A DNA stretch of 64,000 nucleotides, taken from NCBI RefSeq assembly GCF_963921235.1, contig NC_086108.1, positions 103,914,001 to 103,978,000 on the forward strand. The letters run 5' to 3'. Positions 1 through 13,418 of this stretch are shown piece after piece (position 1 is the first letter of the stretch; each line of letters opens with the position of its first letter). Source of the stretch: Mobula hypostoma (Eukaryota). Under the pieces are notes generated by a model. That model saw nothing but the letters and a program-made list of their open reading frames with translations, did no database searches and was not told the origin of the DNA. The translations under genes were made by a program, and so were the position numbers.

Positions 1-55
1 TAATTGTGTTGGCACTCTTGTTGGTACTGACAATGACAGGATGATGAAAAACAGT

Positions 56-428
56 AGATTACCAGGGCGACGATGATGGAACATTCTAGGTTACTGGGGC
101 GATGATGGAATGTTGTGGGTTACTGGGGCAACGATGATGGAATGTTGTGGGTTACTGGGGCGATGATGATGGAACGTGGGTTACTGGGGCGATGATGATG
201 AACCATTGTGGGTTACTGGGGCGATGATGAAACGTTGTGGGTTACCGGGGCAGTGATGATGGAATGTTGTGGGTTACTGGGGCAACGATGTTGGAATGTT
301 GTGGGTTACTGGGGCAACGATGATGAAATAATGTGGGTTACTGGGGTGACAATGATGGAACGTGGGTTACTGGGGCGATGATGATGAAACGTTGTGGGTT
401 ACTGGGGCAATGATGATGGAACGTTGTA
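56..428. repeat. Minisatellite, about 12 imperfect copies of a ~30-bp unit (GTTGTGGGTTACTGGGGCGATGATGATGGAAC)
   Basis: The core GGTTACTGGGG or a close variant recurs every 28-33 nt, with a variable number of GAT triplets per unit. Confidence 0.95.
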
Positions 429-2362
429 GGTTTTAAGCATTTGCTTCTTTTGAGTGATAGACAAGAGGGAGTACAGTGAATCATCTCAGTGACATCCAGA
501 AGAACTTCAGATGGGGGTGGGGGGGTCCTGAGGAAAAAAGAGGCTTCCACTCAAGTATTGGTGGGAGCTGGAACCCGCTGTCTGAAAGGGTATTGGAGGA
601 AGTACTCTCAGCATATTAAAAAGTTGGCTTCATAAGCACTTGTTGTTACATAATAAGGAGAGGGTGGAATGAGATTGCTGCTAATCTCTTTTGACTGATG
701 CAGACACTGAGAGACAAATAGTCTCCATCTGTGCAGAAAACAATCCATTCATCAAGTCTGATACCACAATCCATTTATCAAGTCCAATATTACCTGCCAG
801 ATTGAGGTGACTTTTTTTGGCAATTGATGAAAAATGTAACTGGACTTCATTCAGACTCCAGTCCAAAATTAATGTGATCGCAGTCCTTCGAGAACATGTC
901 TGATTCTTGATCATGCTCTCTCATAGTCCAACGAACCTCCTCTGTGTTCTTGCAGTTCTTGGAACAGTTACAGAAAACCCCTAAATAGTAGATATAGTGC
1001 AGAATGAATGTTTGTTTAAAATCTGGATCAAATGCAGAAATTTAAGGCATTTATTGTTCCGATGCCAATCCTCTGAACCTGATCACCTGCAATCTGGGGT
1101 CTTAGATGCTGGCTGCATCAATGGGGAATGTCTTGGCCTTCATCAATCAGGAAATTGTGTACAGGTGTTGGAACGTTAAAGTTGTACAAACCATTGGTGG
1201 GGCCAAATTTAGAGTTTTATCTGGAGTTCTGGTCTTCAATATTGTCTGTAAACTTGAAAGAGTATAGGGAAAATTTAGGGAATAGGTTCAGACTTTATTC
1301 CTTGGAGTACAAGAGAACGAGAGGACATCTTAGCTATCAGGAGTTGGGATGTTATATTGAAGTTGTATAAGGCTTTGGTGAGGCCTAACTTCTAAGTTCT
1401 AAGTTCAAAGTGCATTTACTATCAAAGTCCGAACAGGCAGCCATAAAACAAAGAAACATGAAAAAACTCATATAAAAGACTGTCAATCATGTACGGGGGG
1501 AAAAACAGATTATGCGAACAATGAATGCAAGCAAATAAGGTTTTAAACTGAAGTCCACATTTGGAGTACTGTGAGCAGTTTTGGTCACTTACTTACAGGA
1601 AAGATATCAATCAGTTTGAAAGAGTAGAGAGAAAATTTTCGAGGATGTTTGCAGGACTTGAGGACCTGAGTTAAAGGAAAAAGTTAGGACTTTATTCCAT
1701 GGACATAGGAGAATGAGGGGAAATTTGATAGAGGTATACAAAATTATGTGGTATAGATAAGGTAAATGCATATAGGCTTTTTCCACTAAGATTGGGTGAG
1801 ACAAAAACTAGAGGTCATAGGTTTAGGGTGAAAGGTGAAGCATTTAAGGTGTATCAGAGGGAAATCACTCTGATTGCTGAATGAGCAACCAATGGAAGTG
1901 GTAGATGTGGGTTCATTTGTATTATTTAAAAGAAGTTTGGATAGGTACACAGATGAAAGGGATCTGGAGGGATATATTCCTGGTGTAGCTAGATGGTAAT
2001 AGGCAGAAGGCCAGGTTGTCACGGACTAGATGGGCTGAAGAGTCTGACCCTATGACTGTATGAACAGACAAGTCATCAGGCCCTGCTCAGGTGTTTAAAG
2101 GAAATGGCTGCACAGATGGTGCAGCCATTCATAGTTCACTAAACTGCAGGAGGGTCCCAGGAGATTGTAAAATGGCCAATGTGACCGCTTTGTTGAAAAT
2201 AGGAAAAAAGGCATGGAGGTGGGAGGGGGGAGAGTGGTGGTGGAGAAACTCTAGGTTTATCAGCTATCATTGGCAAAATGCTGGAGTCAATTCACAAAGA
2301 GGAAATGGCTGACTATTTAGAAAAGCTGAATGTGATTTTATCTTGAGATTATGGTGTTATGA

Positions 2363-4000
2363 AAACAAGAGATTCTGCAGATGCTGGAAATTCAGTGCAA
2401 CACACACAATGCTGGAGGCAGCATCTATGGAAATGAATAAGCAGTTGACGTTTTGGGAACAAGATTGTTCATCAGGACTGGAAAGGAATGGGGAAAGATG
2501 ACAGAATAAAAAGATGGGGGGGGAGGAGGAGGAGGGGGAGGAAGGGTGATGGGTGAAGCCAGGTGGGTGGGAAAGGTAAAGGGCTGGAGAAGAAGGAACT
2601 TGATAGGAGAGGAGAGTGGACCATGGAGAAAGGGAAGGAGGAGGGGACCCAGCAGGATGTGATAGGCAGGTGAAGAAAAGTAGGTAGAGGTTAGACTGGG
2701 AAATAGCAGAGGGAAGGGGGAGAGGAAAAAATCACCACAAGTTGGAGAAATTGGAAAAAATTGCCCACAGGTTGGAGGCTATGCAGACAGAATATGAAAT
2801 ATTGCTCCTCCACCCTGAGGGTGGCCTCATCATGGCAGGCAAGGAGGCCGATGGACCGACATGTCGGAACGGGAATGGGGATAGGAAATAAAATGGGCAG
2901 CCACCGGGAAATTCTGCTTTTGGTGGATGGAATGGAGGCGCTCAACAAAGCGGTCCCCAATTTTTGTCGAGTCTCACCAATGTCAAGGAGGCCACACTGG
3001 GAGCACCACATACAATGGATGACCCAAACAGGTGAAGTGTGCCTCACGTGAAAGGACAGTTTGGGACCTTGAATGATGGTGAGGGAGAAGGTGGATGGGC
3101 AAGTGTGGTGTTTCTGTGGCTTGCAGGGATATGCGACAGGAGGGGGATTGGTGGGAAAGAATGAATGGACAAAAGAATCACAAAGGGAGCAATGCCTATG
3201 GAAAGCAGAGAGTGAGGGGAGGGAGGTAAGGATGTGTTTGGCAGTAGGATCCTGGTGAAGGTAGTGGAAGTTGCAGAGAACGTGTAGGATGCAGAGGTTC
3301 GTGGGGTGTAGTTGAGAATGACCCGGAAGGGAAAGCTTCATCTTGGGAATGGACAGATGTGGCAGGAAGGAAGGAACTAAGAAAACGAAATGGCATTTTT
3401 ACAGAAGATAGGGTAGGAAGAGGTATAGTCAAGATAGCTGTGAAAAGCGGTAGGTTTTGGTAGACATCTTGTCTCCTGGGATGGAGACAGAGGGATTGCG
3501 AAAGGGGAAAGTGGTGTCAAGAAATGGACCATGTGAATCTAAGGGCAGGATAAAAATTGGAGGCAAAGTTGATGAAATTGACGAGCTCAGCATTGGAGCA
3601 TGGGTGCATGAAGTGGCGTCAATGCAGTGTGGGAAGCGTTCAGGAGCATTACCAGGGAAGGCTTGGAACATGGAATGTTCTATGTAGCCAGTGAAAAGGT
3701 AAGCATAGCAGGTGCCCATAGCTACCCTTTGAGTTTGTAGAAAGTGGGAAGAGCCAAAGGAAAATCTGTTGAGGGTGAAGATGAGTTCTGCCAGACAGGA
3801 GGGTGGTGGTGGAGGGGAACTGCCCCTGAGAAAGAAGTGGAGAGCTTTAAGGCCTTCTTGATGGACGATAGAAGTGTATGAAGACTAGATATTCATGATA
3901 TTACTGAGGTAGTTAGGATGGGGGAATTTAAAGTTAGCGAGGAGATTGAGAACATGTGAAGTGTCACGGATGTAGGTGGGAAGCAACTGAACCAAGGGGG
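2363..4000 (-). mobile_element. Degenerate Penelope-like retroelement (RT and GIY-YIG remnants plus terminal repeat)
   Basis: Minus-strand ORF fragments (CSQCGLLDIGETRQ, HCIDATSCTHA, HSQDEAF) match the intact ORF at 25435-26769. The terminal repeat with a decayed hammerhead is at 2365-2700. Boundaries are approximate. Confidence 0.85.
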
Positions 4001-4134
4001 ATGATGAAAACTAAACTGTGTTTGACAGATTTGCTGAAAGTATTTGACAATGTGACAGGGAGATTTGATAGACGGGAATCTGTGGTCATGCATTTAGATA
4101 TTCAAAAGGCACTGGTACATGTTAAAATCCCACA

Positions 4135-4676
4135 GGATTCAAGATTCAAGATTGTTATGTGTCATTTCCAGTACACAAGTGTAAAGGAGAACAAAATAAT
4201 TGTTTTTCTGGATCTGATACAAAAAAATGCACACTAAGCTGAAGAACATAATAATAATAATAAAAAGCACACAATAAGTATAAATGTAAGTACATAAGAT
4301 AGTTTATATACATTGCATGTCCATAAAGTGATACAAAGCACAGGAGTGTCTGTACAAAGGGTGAGTGACAGGAAATAATAAAGTAATGGTGGTTGGATGT
4401 GTGGAGGGGTGGGTTAGTGGGTGGAGGTGTTGATCAGCCTTGTTGCTTGGGGAAAGTAACTGTTTTTGAGTCTGGTGGTCCTGGCATGGATGCTACGTAG
4501 CCTCCTCCCTGATGGGAGTGGGACAAACAGTCCATGAGCAGGATGGGTGGGATCCTTCATGATGTTACTGGCCCTTTTCTGGCACCTTTCTGTATACATG
4601 TCCTTGATGGCAGGTAAGCTGGTGCCAGTCATGTGTTGGATAGTTTTGACTAGCCCTTGGAAAGCTTTCCTGTCTG
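4135..4676 (-). mobile_element. Rex1/Babar-type LINE 3' fragment
   Basis: ORF 4414-4632 has HPAHGLFVPLPSGRRLRSIHARTTRLKNSYFP, a DUF1891-like C-terminal motif. Related fragments occur near 9505-9860, 13465-13945, 20476-20987, 21625-22100, 22470-23095, 29613-30010, 38755-39480, 44197-44665 and 45060-45770. Confidence 0.7.
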
Positions 4677-5954
4677 TGTATTGAAGGATGCATGTTAGAA
4701 TGGATTGAAAACTGTCTGTCTGAGAAAGCAGACTTACAAACTAGTAACTTCCTTCTAGTCCTTTTTAGACTAGAAGGTAGTAACTAGTGGTGTATCACAA
4801 GGATCAGATCTTGGTCCACAAGTGTACACTATTTATTCAATTCAAGTTTAATTGTCGTTCAAGCATACATGAACACCCATGAATCTAGCCAAACGAGACA
4901 GTATTACTCCAGGGCCAAGGTGCAAAAGACAGTATAAAGCACACATGCCACGTACAATATAGAAAGCATATAAAATCCAGACTCGAGCCACAATAAAGCT
5001 TGTCTTCTACCAGGTGAACAATGGGGGTAGCACTGACTCCAGCCTTGGACGCCCCTGGTGGAGTTCACTGGATCCAACGCCTCTCTGCTGGTGGCCGTAA
5101 ACAGGCTGATCATCAATGACCTAGAGGAAGGAACAGAGCGTAACATTTCCAAAATTACTGATGGATACAAGCATAGGCGGAAGGCCACACTGCGCTAAGG
5201 ATATTGTGATTCTGCAAGGGGATATGGATAGATTTAGTAAGAGGGCAAGAGGGCGGAAAACGGAGTTTAGTGTGGGGATGTTGGGGAATGAAGAAATCCA
5301 GAGTATGGGTTTAAGGTGAGAGGAGAGAGATTTAATAGGAATTTAAGAGGCGACTTATTCAGCCAGTAGATGGTGAGTCTTGAGCAACACACAAAATGCC
5401 AGAGGAACTCAACAAGTCTGAAAATGTCCGTGGAGGGAATGAATAGTCAATAACTTGGGCTGAGATTCTGGAGAGGAGTGGGGCGGAAGCCAGAACAAAT
5501 TAGGGGGAGGAGTACAAACTGGCAAGACCTGGTGAGGGGAAATGTAGGCGGGAAGTGGAGGGCATGGGTTTAAGGTGAGAGGGGAGAGATTTAATTGGAG
5601 TCAGAAGGGAAACATTTTCACCCAGATGATGCCCAGTATATGGAATGAGTTGCCAGGGGAAGTAGTTGAGGCAGGTATATTAACAACATTTAAAGGGTAT
5701 TTGGGCAGGTACATGGATACGAAAGGTTTAAAGGGATATGGGCCAAACAGGGACAAATGGGACTAGCTTAATTGGGAATCTTGGTCAGCATGGACCTGAT
5801 GGGTCAAAGAGCCCATTCCCAGGCTGTATGACTCTTCGTGTGAAGCTGTACACTTTGGTAAGATAAATCAAAAGGCAGCTGATTATCCAACGAGGAGTAG
5901 AATATAAAAACAAGCTGAGCTGACTTACAGACTTCCTCCAGCATTTTGTGGGGC

Positions 5955-6440
5955 TTTGTTCATTTCTGACACCTCTCTCCCTTTTCTCGATCTGTCTCCA
6001 TTTCTGGAGACAAACCGTCGACCAACATCTTTCAAAAACCTACTGATTCCCATGGCTATCTTGACTATATCTCTTCCTACCCCTGCCTCCTGTAAAAACG
6101 CCCTTCCCTTTTTAAAGTTCCTTCTTCTCCTTCCCAGGATGAGGTTTTCCTCTCCAGGACATCAGAGATGTTCATCTTCTTCAAAGAAAGGGGTTTCCCT
6201 TCCACCACCATTGATACTACCCTCACGCACATCTCCATTTCCCGGACATCTACCTCACCCCATCATCCCGCTGCCTTAACAGGGATAGAGTTCCCATTGA
6301 TAGACCACCCCATGAGCCTCCACATCCAGCACCTGATTCTCTACAGCTTCCGCCATCTTCAACAAGATCTTACCATCAAACACATCTTTGCCTATCTGCT
6401 TCCTTGCTCTGTGATTCCCTTGTCCATTTGCCCCTCCCCA
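5955..6440 (+). mobile_element. Penelope-like element internal fragment
   Basis: ISDTSLPFLDLS, SCKNALPF and FFKERGFPSTTI match the 25435-26769 ORF, with frameshifts. Confidence 0.8.
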
Positions 6441-7697
6441 CAAGTGGAGCATAGACGGTCTAGCCTCTCCACAGCACGTATGAATCTCCAGGCAGTAGGG
6501 GAGACGTTATTTGTTGCAACAGCTGCCAGTTTCGATGCAGCTTATTTTTCTCCGTGAGGGACAGACAGCCATATAGCACAGAAACAGTCCCTTCAGCCCA
6601 TCTGATCCATGCTAACCAAGATCCCCATTCATTGGCCAATATCCTCCTCATCCTTTTTCTACTGCACAGTCAAACGAAAAATTTGTATCATTTTTTTTTA
6701 AAAAAGGTTACACATTCTGAACAGGTTACTAAAGAGCCAAAAACAATACCATAAAATTTAGTGCAAATGAAAATGGCCTTGAGGGTAACTATTCCTGCAT
6801 TGTTCCTATCTGGCAGAACTGGTGTGTTTCCAGAAACCACTGTAAATATCGGCTTGCACCCAGGAGGCCCCCTCCTTACATAAGACACTTTCAGGAACCC
6901 CTGGTACAAAAATATTTGACCCTGGTCTCCAGACTTAACTGCTGACTGGAGTCATCTCCTCAAATAGACCTCACTGAAGTCAGCTAAACTGTACTGGTGG
7001 CAGGAAAAGCAACACAACAGCTAGGTTTCTGGCTTGTATTCAAGAAAGTGGTTGAGTCCTGGCTAGGAGTTTCATTCTGTGTTCTGGCCCTTTGATCTAG
7101 AATTGAGTTCAAATTCTACTTTGGCAGCCAGGAATTTTAAATGTAATTAAATATTTGGTCAATTGGTTTATTAAAGATGAGTTTATTTGCCATGTGTAGA
7201 TCAAAACATGGGTTGAGATGTGTGTGTTTGCATTGAGAATGTGCCTGCAAGTGCTGCCATCCTTCTGGCCCCAAAATAGCATGCCCATAACTTACTAAGC
7301 CTTGCATGTACATCTTTGGAATGTGGGAGGAAACCCATGTAGTCATGGGGAGACCACTGTTACAGACCGTGGCAGGAATTGAACCCCAATCCCACAGCTG
7401 GCACTGTAAAGCATTACGTAACAGTGCATCGCTTACGTTACTGTGCAGCCCCTCAGTTTCTGGTGACATGTGATGTATAGTTTCATATGCCTTCCATGAC
7501 CACTTGATCACGTCAGTACTTCAAGGTACCACAACAGAAAAGCAATGACAATGCAGAATAAATTGTTACGGTTACAGAGAAAGTGCAGTACAGACAGGCA
7601 ATAAGGTACAAGGCTATGACTAGGTAGACTGAGAGCTTAGAAGCCTACCTTATCATACTAGGGACTGTTCAATAGTCTGCTAACAGTGGGGTAAAAG

Positions 7698-8553
7698 TAG
7701 GGTTGCCAACTGTCCCGTATTAGCCGGGACATCCCGTATATTGGGCTAAATTGGTTTGTCCCATACGGGACCACCTTGTCCCGTATTTCCCCCTCTAAGG
7801 TAGAGTGTTCCTATGAAACCATTCGTAAACCAAAATGGTGTAAAGCGAAAAAGCGATTACTATTAACTTATATGGGAAAAATTGTTGCGCGTTCCCAGAC
7901 CCAAAAAATAACCTACCAAATCATACCAAATAACACATAAAACCTAAAATAACACTAACATATAGTAAAAGCAGGAATTATGTGATACATAAAGGCATCC
8001 GTTAGTCTTGCGAGACCATGGATCTGCGCCTCGAAAGTCCTCACTCTCCAGGGCACAGGCCTGGGCAAGGTTGTATGGAAGACCAGCAGTTGCCCATGCT
8101 GTAAGTCTCCCCTCTCCACGACACGGATACAGCATTAGGACCCATACAGCTTGGCACCAGTGTCGTCGCAGAGCAGGGTGTGATTAAGTGCCTTGCTCAA
8201 GGACACAACACGTTGCCTTGGCTGGGGCTCGAACTCATGACCTTCAGATCGCTAGTCGAATGCCTTAACCACTTGATCACGTGCCCACAAATAGATAAAT
8301 ACACAGCCTATATAAAGTAGAAATAATGTATGTACAGTGTAGGTTCACTTAACAGAATTGGGAAGATTAAGCCAAAACAGATTTGTAGAGAAAAAAATTG
8401 GCACATACACGTATATGCATGTCACACATGCGCACACAGCTGCCTGTGCAAGGCTTCATGGTCATGGTAGTCTTTCTCGGGGTAAACACATGTGTCCCAT
8501 ATTTGACTGCTACTTTTGTCCCTTATTTGGGAGTGAGAAAGTTGGCATTCCTA
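7698..8553. mobile_element. Non-autonomous hAT-like DNA transposon with a nested SINE
   Basis: TIRs are TAGGGTTGCCAACT (7698-7711) and AGTTGGCATTCCTA (8540-8553; 2 mismatches). The 8-bp flanks GGTAAAAG and GGCAGAAG each differ by one base from GGTAGAAG. Removing the element rejoins a LINE 3' fragment. Confidence 0.8.
7990..8289 (-). mobile_element. tRNA-derived SINE nested in the hAT element
   Basis: The reverse complement begins GTGGGCACGTGATCAAGTGGTTAAGG (A-box-like), then GAGTTCGAGCCCC (B-box-like), then GTGTCCTTGAGCAAGGCACTTAA. Confidence 0.75.
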
Positions 8554-10242
8554 GGCAGAAGTTGTCCTGCAGCTGGTGGTACGTACATTCAGGCTTTTGT
8601 ATCTTCTACCTGATGGTTGGGGGTGAAGGGAGAATGTCGGGGGTGGAACATGCACAAAACACATGCACACAAAATACTGGAGGAACGCAGCATACTAGGC
8701 AGCAACTGTGGAGGGAGATGAACAGCAGACATTTTGGGCTGAGATCCTTTATCAAGAGTGGAAAGGAAGAGGGCAGGAGCCAGTTAAAAGGGGGGGGGGG
8801 AGAGGAGTTTCCACACCCTATAAATGAAGTCATGTTGAGTCCATCCCACTACGTACTTGGCAGACTCCAGTAATGCACCCTTGTAAGTGTTGGCACCATA
8901 TCCACACAGGGGCAGTGTAGTCTTGATCTAGAAGGTGAGAAGTTTTTACACAGAGACATATAGGAGGAAGATGTTATTACAACATTTAACAGACTTTTAG
9001 CAACCCCCATTCTCCTGCCTTAGCCCCGTAACTTTTGGTGACCTTACTAATCAAGAACCTATCAGCTTCTGCTTTAAATATACTTAATGACTTGGCCTAC
9101 ACAGCTGTCTGTGGCAATGAATTCCACAGGTTCACTACCCTTCTAGCTCAGGAGCCCATCTGTGTTGTTTTGATCTATGACGCTATGAGGTCCAGTAGCA
9201 AGCTGAGCAATGGTTGGAGAATGCTTCAGGATCAGGAACAGGACCTCTTTGGAAGTATTGACAGCTTGCTGTCAGATTTATATTGGAGAATTTATAGGCT
9301 GGACGAATAACGATGCATTAATTGTGAAACGTGCTAGTGACCAGAGCATTTTCCAAACAATCACACCTAGCACTGTGTGACTAATTTGCTTGAAAATTCC
9401 TCTTTCCTCTTGGAGTACCGCATGCATTCATTAAATCAGTCTTGGGTTTATTTGCACTGACTTGCATGAATTTAGATATTCTCAAACAGCAGAACTGTCA
9501 GAGAGTAGAATCAGGTTTAATGTAACCACCGGCATATGTTGTGAAACTTATTAACTTTGCGGCAGCGGTACATTGCAATACATAATAATAGAGAAAAATG
9601 TGAATTACAGTTATATATGTATAATAGTTAAATAAATAGTGCAAAAATAGAAATAAAAAGTAGTGAAGTTTATGTGTTCAATGTCCATTTAGAAATCAGA
9701 GGGGAAGAAGCTGTTCCTGAATCATTGAGTGTGTGCCTTCAGGCTTCTGTACCTCCTCCCTGATGGTAGCAATGAGAAGAAGGCATGTCTCAGGTGATGG
9801 AGGTCCTTAATGATGGATATGCCTTTTTTAGGCATTGCTCCATGAAGACGCCCTGGAAGATGTGCAGTAATTTCTGGAAGAAATGGGTGGTGTTAACCAA
9901 AGGTGGAGTGGTGGGAGGTCAAAAGAGGCATCAGGACTGTAGTTGTTGGTAACGTGCATCCTTGGGTCTGTCTATTAATCAAAATATTATTTAGCAGAAC
10001 AATTATGCCAAATGAGGCTGTTGAGATATCAGGTACATGACTATGGAAGAAAATTTAGAGATAACTTCAAAGCATCAATAGAAAAAGACTTAATAATTCA
10101 GGTCAAAAACAATACTGCTTCATTTTTTATGTTCTCTATGATCAATTCCACATGTTTTTCCTTGGTTTGTTTCCTTCATTTATCTGTTTTTCTTTTCTTT
10201 TTCTTTCTCTGTCCATCTGTCTCTCTGCTTCGCCCTCCATAG

Positions 10243-10434
10243 AGACTTCTATCTGCATCTAAAACTGTTCATAAGTCATATGTGCCTAAGGTGGGCAAGG
10301 GTGATGTTAAGACTAAGTTCGAAGCCATGCAGAAAGCACGGGAGGAAAGAAGCCAGAGGAGAACCGGAGAAGAAAGGAGGAGAAGGAACGAACAGTATAA
10401 GAAGGAGAAGGAATGGACAAAGATAAAACAGGAG
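10243..10434 (+). CDS. NEXN: Nexilin coding exon A (192 nt, phase 0-0); upstream start exon not located
   Basis: Long pyrimidine tract with AG at 10241-42 and GT at 10435. Encodes [35 protein letters not shown]...KIKQE, matching the recalled human [35 protein letters not shown]. Confidence 0.96.
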
Positions 10435-11224
10435 GTCACCCAGCCTTTCATTTGTATTTGCTTTACCATTGCCTGCATCCTAATGGACTATATAGAGCAT
10501 AGAACAGTACAGACTCTTTAGCCCATAATGTTGTGCTAACCTTCTAACCCTCTCTGGAATAGATCTAGCCCTTCCCTGCCATGTAGCCTGCTATTTTCCT
10601 TTCATCCACAAGCCTGTCTAAGAGTCTCCTAACACTCCTAATGTATCTATCTCTACCACCACCCTTGCAGGACATTCCATGTGCCTACCACTCTCAGTGT
10701 ATTTTTTTAAAAACTTACTTCTGGCATTCACCCCCTCAATTAATTTCCTTCAGTCACATTAAAATTATGCCCTCTCACAGTAGCCCTTTCCGCACAGGAA
10801 AAAGGTGCTGGCTGACCACTCTATCAATCCCTCTTATCACCTTGCACACCTCTATCAAGTCAGCTCTCATCCTCCTTTGCTCCAAAGACGGAAGTCCTAG
10901 CTCACTCGACCTATCCTCATAAGGCATCCTCTCCAATCCAGGAAGCATCTGATAAATCTCCTTTGCACTCTCTCTAAAGCTTCCACATCCTTCCAATAGA
11001 GAGATGACTAGAACTGAACACATTATTCCAAGTAAGGTCTAACCAGGGTTTTATAGAGCTGCAACATTAGCTCATGGCTGTTGAACTCAATCCCCTAACT
11101 AATGAAGGCCAACACGTCATATGCCCTCTATGCCACCCTGTCAACCTGCTTTGAGGGATCTATGGGCATGGACCTGAAGATCCCTCTGTTCCTCTATACT
11201 GGTAAGAATCCTGCCATTAACCCT

Positions 11225-11850
11225 CTACCAACTGGGGGACCACTTCGTCGGGCACCTCTGCTCCACCTGCCAAAAGCAGAATCTCCCAGTGGCCAAACAT
11301 TTTAATTCCAATTCCCATTTCCATTCTGACATGTCGATCTTTTCTCTCCTTTTGTGCCAAGATGGGTCACCCTCAGGGTGGAGGAGAAACACTTCATATT
11401 CCATCTGGGTAATCACCAACCTGATGGCATGAATATCAATTTCTTCTTCCAGTTTAAAATAAATATCCCCCCAACTTCTATTCCCCAGTCTAGACCCTTA
11501 CCTCTTCTCACCTGCCTATCACCACCCCTGGGGCCCCTCTTCCTTCCCTTTCTCTCATGGTACACTCCCCTCTCCTCTCAGATTCCTTTCTCTCCTGTCC
11601 TTTACCTTTTCCACCCACCTGGCTTCCCCTATCACCTCCCAGCTATCCTTGTTCCCCTTCCATCACCTTTTCATTCTGGCATCTTCCCCCTTCCTTTCCA
11701 GTCCTGAAGAAAGATCTCAGCCCAAAACGTCGACTGTTTATTCATTTCCACAGATGCTGCTTGACCTGCTGAGCTCCACCAAAGTTTTGCATGTGTGCGT
11801 GTGTGTGTTGCTTTGTATTTCCAGCATCTGCAGACTTTCTTGTGTTTATA
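11225..11850 (+). mobile_element. Penelope-like element 3' fragment with terminal repeat, inside an antisense CR1 fragment
   Basis: TLRVEEKHFIFHLGNHQPDGMNINF is the GIY-YIG C-terminal end. It is followed by the pyrimidine-rich UTR and a decayed hammerhead at 11700-11735. Confidence 0.8.
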
Positions 11851-13336
11851 ATTAACCCTGTACTCTGCCTTCAAGTTCAAACTTCAAAGTGTATCACTTC
11901 AGGCTTTTTGTAAATCTTATCTCAGTGAATTTTCTCCAATAGTTTGCTCACCCAATGATGCAAGACTCATGGTCTATAATCCCCAGGATTATCCGTTACT
12001 TTTCTTGACCAAAGGAATAATATTTGCCACCCTCCCAGAAGATTAGCCGGAAGCCCTATGACTTAGACTGCCATTTCACTCCTTTCAGTCGATCGGAGGG
12101 ATCCGGCCACTGTTTGCAAGGCCAACATTTACAACCCCTACTTAATGGGCCTTGGAACATGATGGTGAGATGTCTTCTTGAACCTGTTGTTGTCCCTGCT
12201 GGGCACTCTCTTTGTGTTGTGAGGTTAAGGTGTACAGTACCAGGATTTAAACCCACTGGTGAAAACAATATGATTCCAAGTTAGGACGCTTTGTGTCTTC
12301 ATGGAAACACTAGTGGTACTCTCATGTTTGCTGCTCCTGTAGATAGCAGTGATGGGGGATTTCCGAGGTGTGGTTATAGAAGCTTTGATGAGCTGTTTCA
12401 GGAGTACATCCTCTACACTCCCCAAATGTGTTTGTCCACACGGGACGTTTAAACTTCACGTTGCATCAGCAACAAGCGGCCTCATGTTGGTTTCAGCCTG
12501 ATAAAAGAAAGATGAAAGCTCTCAAGCTCTTTTCAAACTTTGCGCTGTGTCACCAACAACTGAGCTTTCGTGCTGCTTTCAGCCTGACGAAACTGGATGG
12601 CTCCAGTTTCCGTTTTTTCAACCAGTTTAGCTCTTTATTGTGCACACAAGATAATGGAGCAGAATTAGGCCATTTGACCCATCGATTCTGCTCTGCCATT
12701 GCATAATGGCTGATTCATCTCCCTCACAGTTCCAATTTCATGTCTACTCCCCGTATCCCTTCATACCATGACTAATCAAGAATCTATCAACCTCTGCCTT
12801 AAATATACCCAATGACTTAGCCTCCACAACCATCTGTGGCAACGAATTCCACAGATTCACCACCCCTCTGGCTAAAGAAATTCCTTCTCATCTCTGTCTT
12901 AAATGGACGTCCCTCTATTCTGAGGCTGCATCTCCCCACTATAGGAAACATCCTCTCCACATCCACTCTATTGAACCCTTTCACCATTCGATACGTTACA
13001 ATGAGATACCCCCTCATTCTTCTGAATTCCAGTGAACACAGGCCCTGAGCCATCAAGTGCTGTTCATATGATAAGCCCTTCAATCCCAGACTCAAATACT
13101 GCCACTACTACATTTCTTACTGTTGCATTTCCAAAACCCCCGCGGCTAAAACACAAAAATGACAAGTTCTGATATTGTCCGTTTTTCCAGTCCCCTGTCC
13201 TGTCAATGACAGTCTATGGAGCATTGCCAAGGCCACCCTTGTTATAAGGTCAATGTGACATCATTGTTTCCAGCTACATCATTGTTTAACGCTGGGACGA
13301 CTGATTCTGAACGTCATCTCACTCGATTCATTTCAG

Positions 13337-13418
13337 TATCGGCAGCTCCTCGCTTCAGACGATGAAGAAGAAAATAAATTGGACGAACTGAAGAAAGCGT
13401 ACGTCCCCAAGCTGACAG
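13337..13418 (+). CDS. NEXN: Nexilin coding exon B (82 nt, phase 0-1)
   Basis: tttcag acceptor and gtaac donor. Encodes [27 protein letters not shown](G), compared with human [27 protein letters not shown]. Absent from the ORF track and read by hand. Confidence 0.95.

Noticed and set aside
56..428. CRISPR-like or telomeric array
   Set aside because: Units are contiguous with no unique spacers, the context is eukaryotic, and GGGTTA is not itself tandemly repeated.
8220..8289. tRNA gene on the minus strand
   Set aside because: A- and B-box-like motifs are present, but the sequence continues into a SINE body and I could not form an acceptor stem.
8358..8873. 171-aa ORF as a novel gene
   Set aside because: It runs across a MITE end, a LINE tail and a Penelope repeat, so it is a chance open frame with no recognisable domain.
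10012..10032. ATG AGG CTG TTG AGA TAT CAG|gtacat as the NEXN start exon (MRLLRYQ, phase 0)
   Set aside because: The phase fits, but there is no similarity to the recalled N-terminus MNDISQKAE and an out-of-frame ATG lies 7 nt upstream. It cannot be supported without transcripts.
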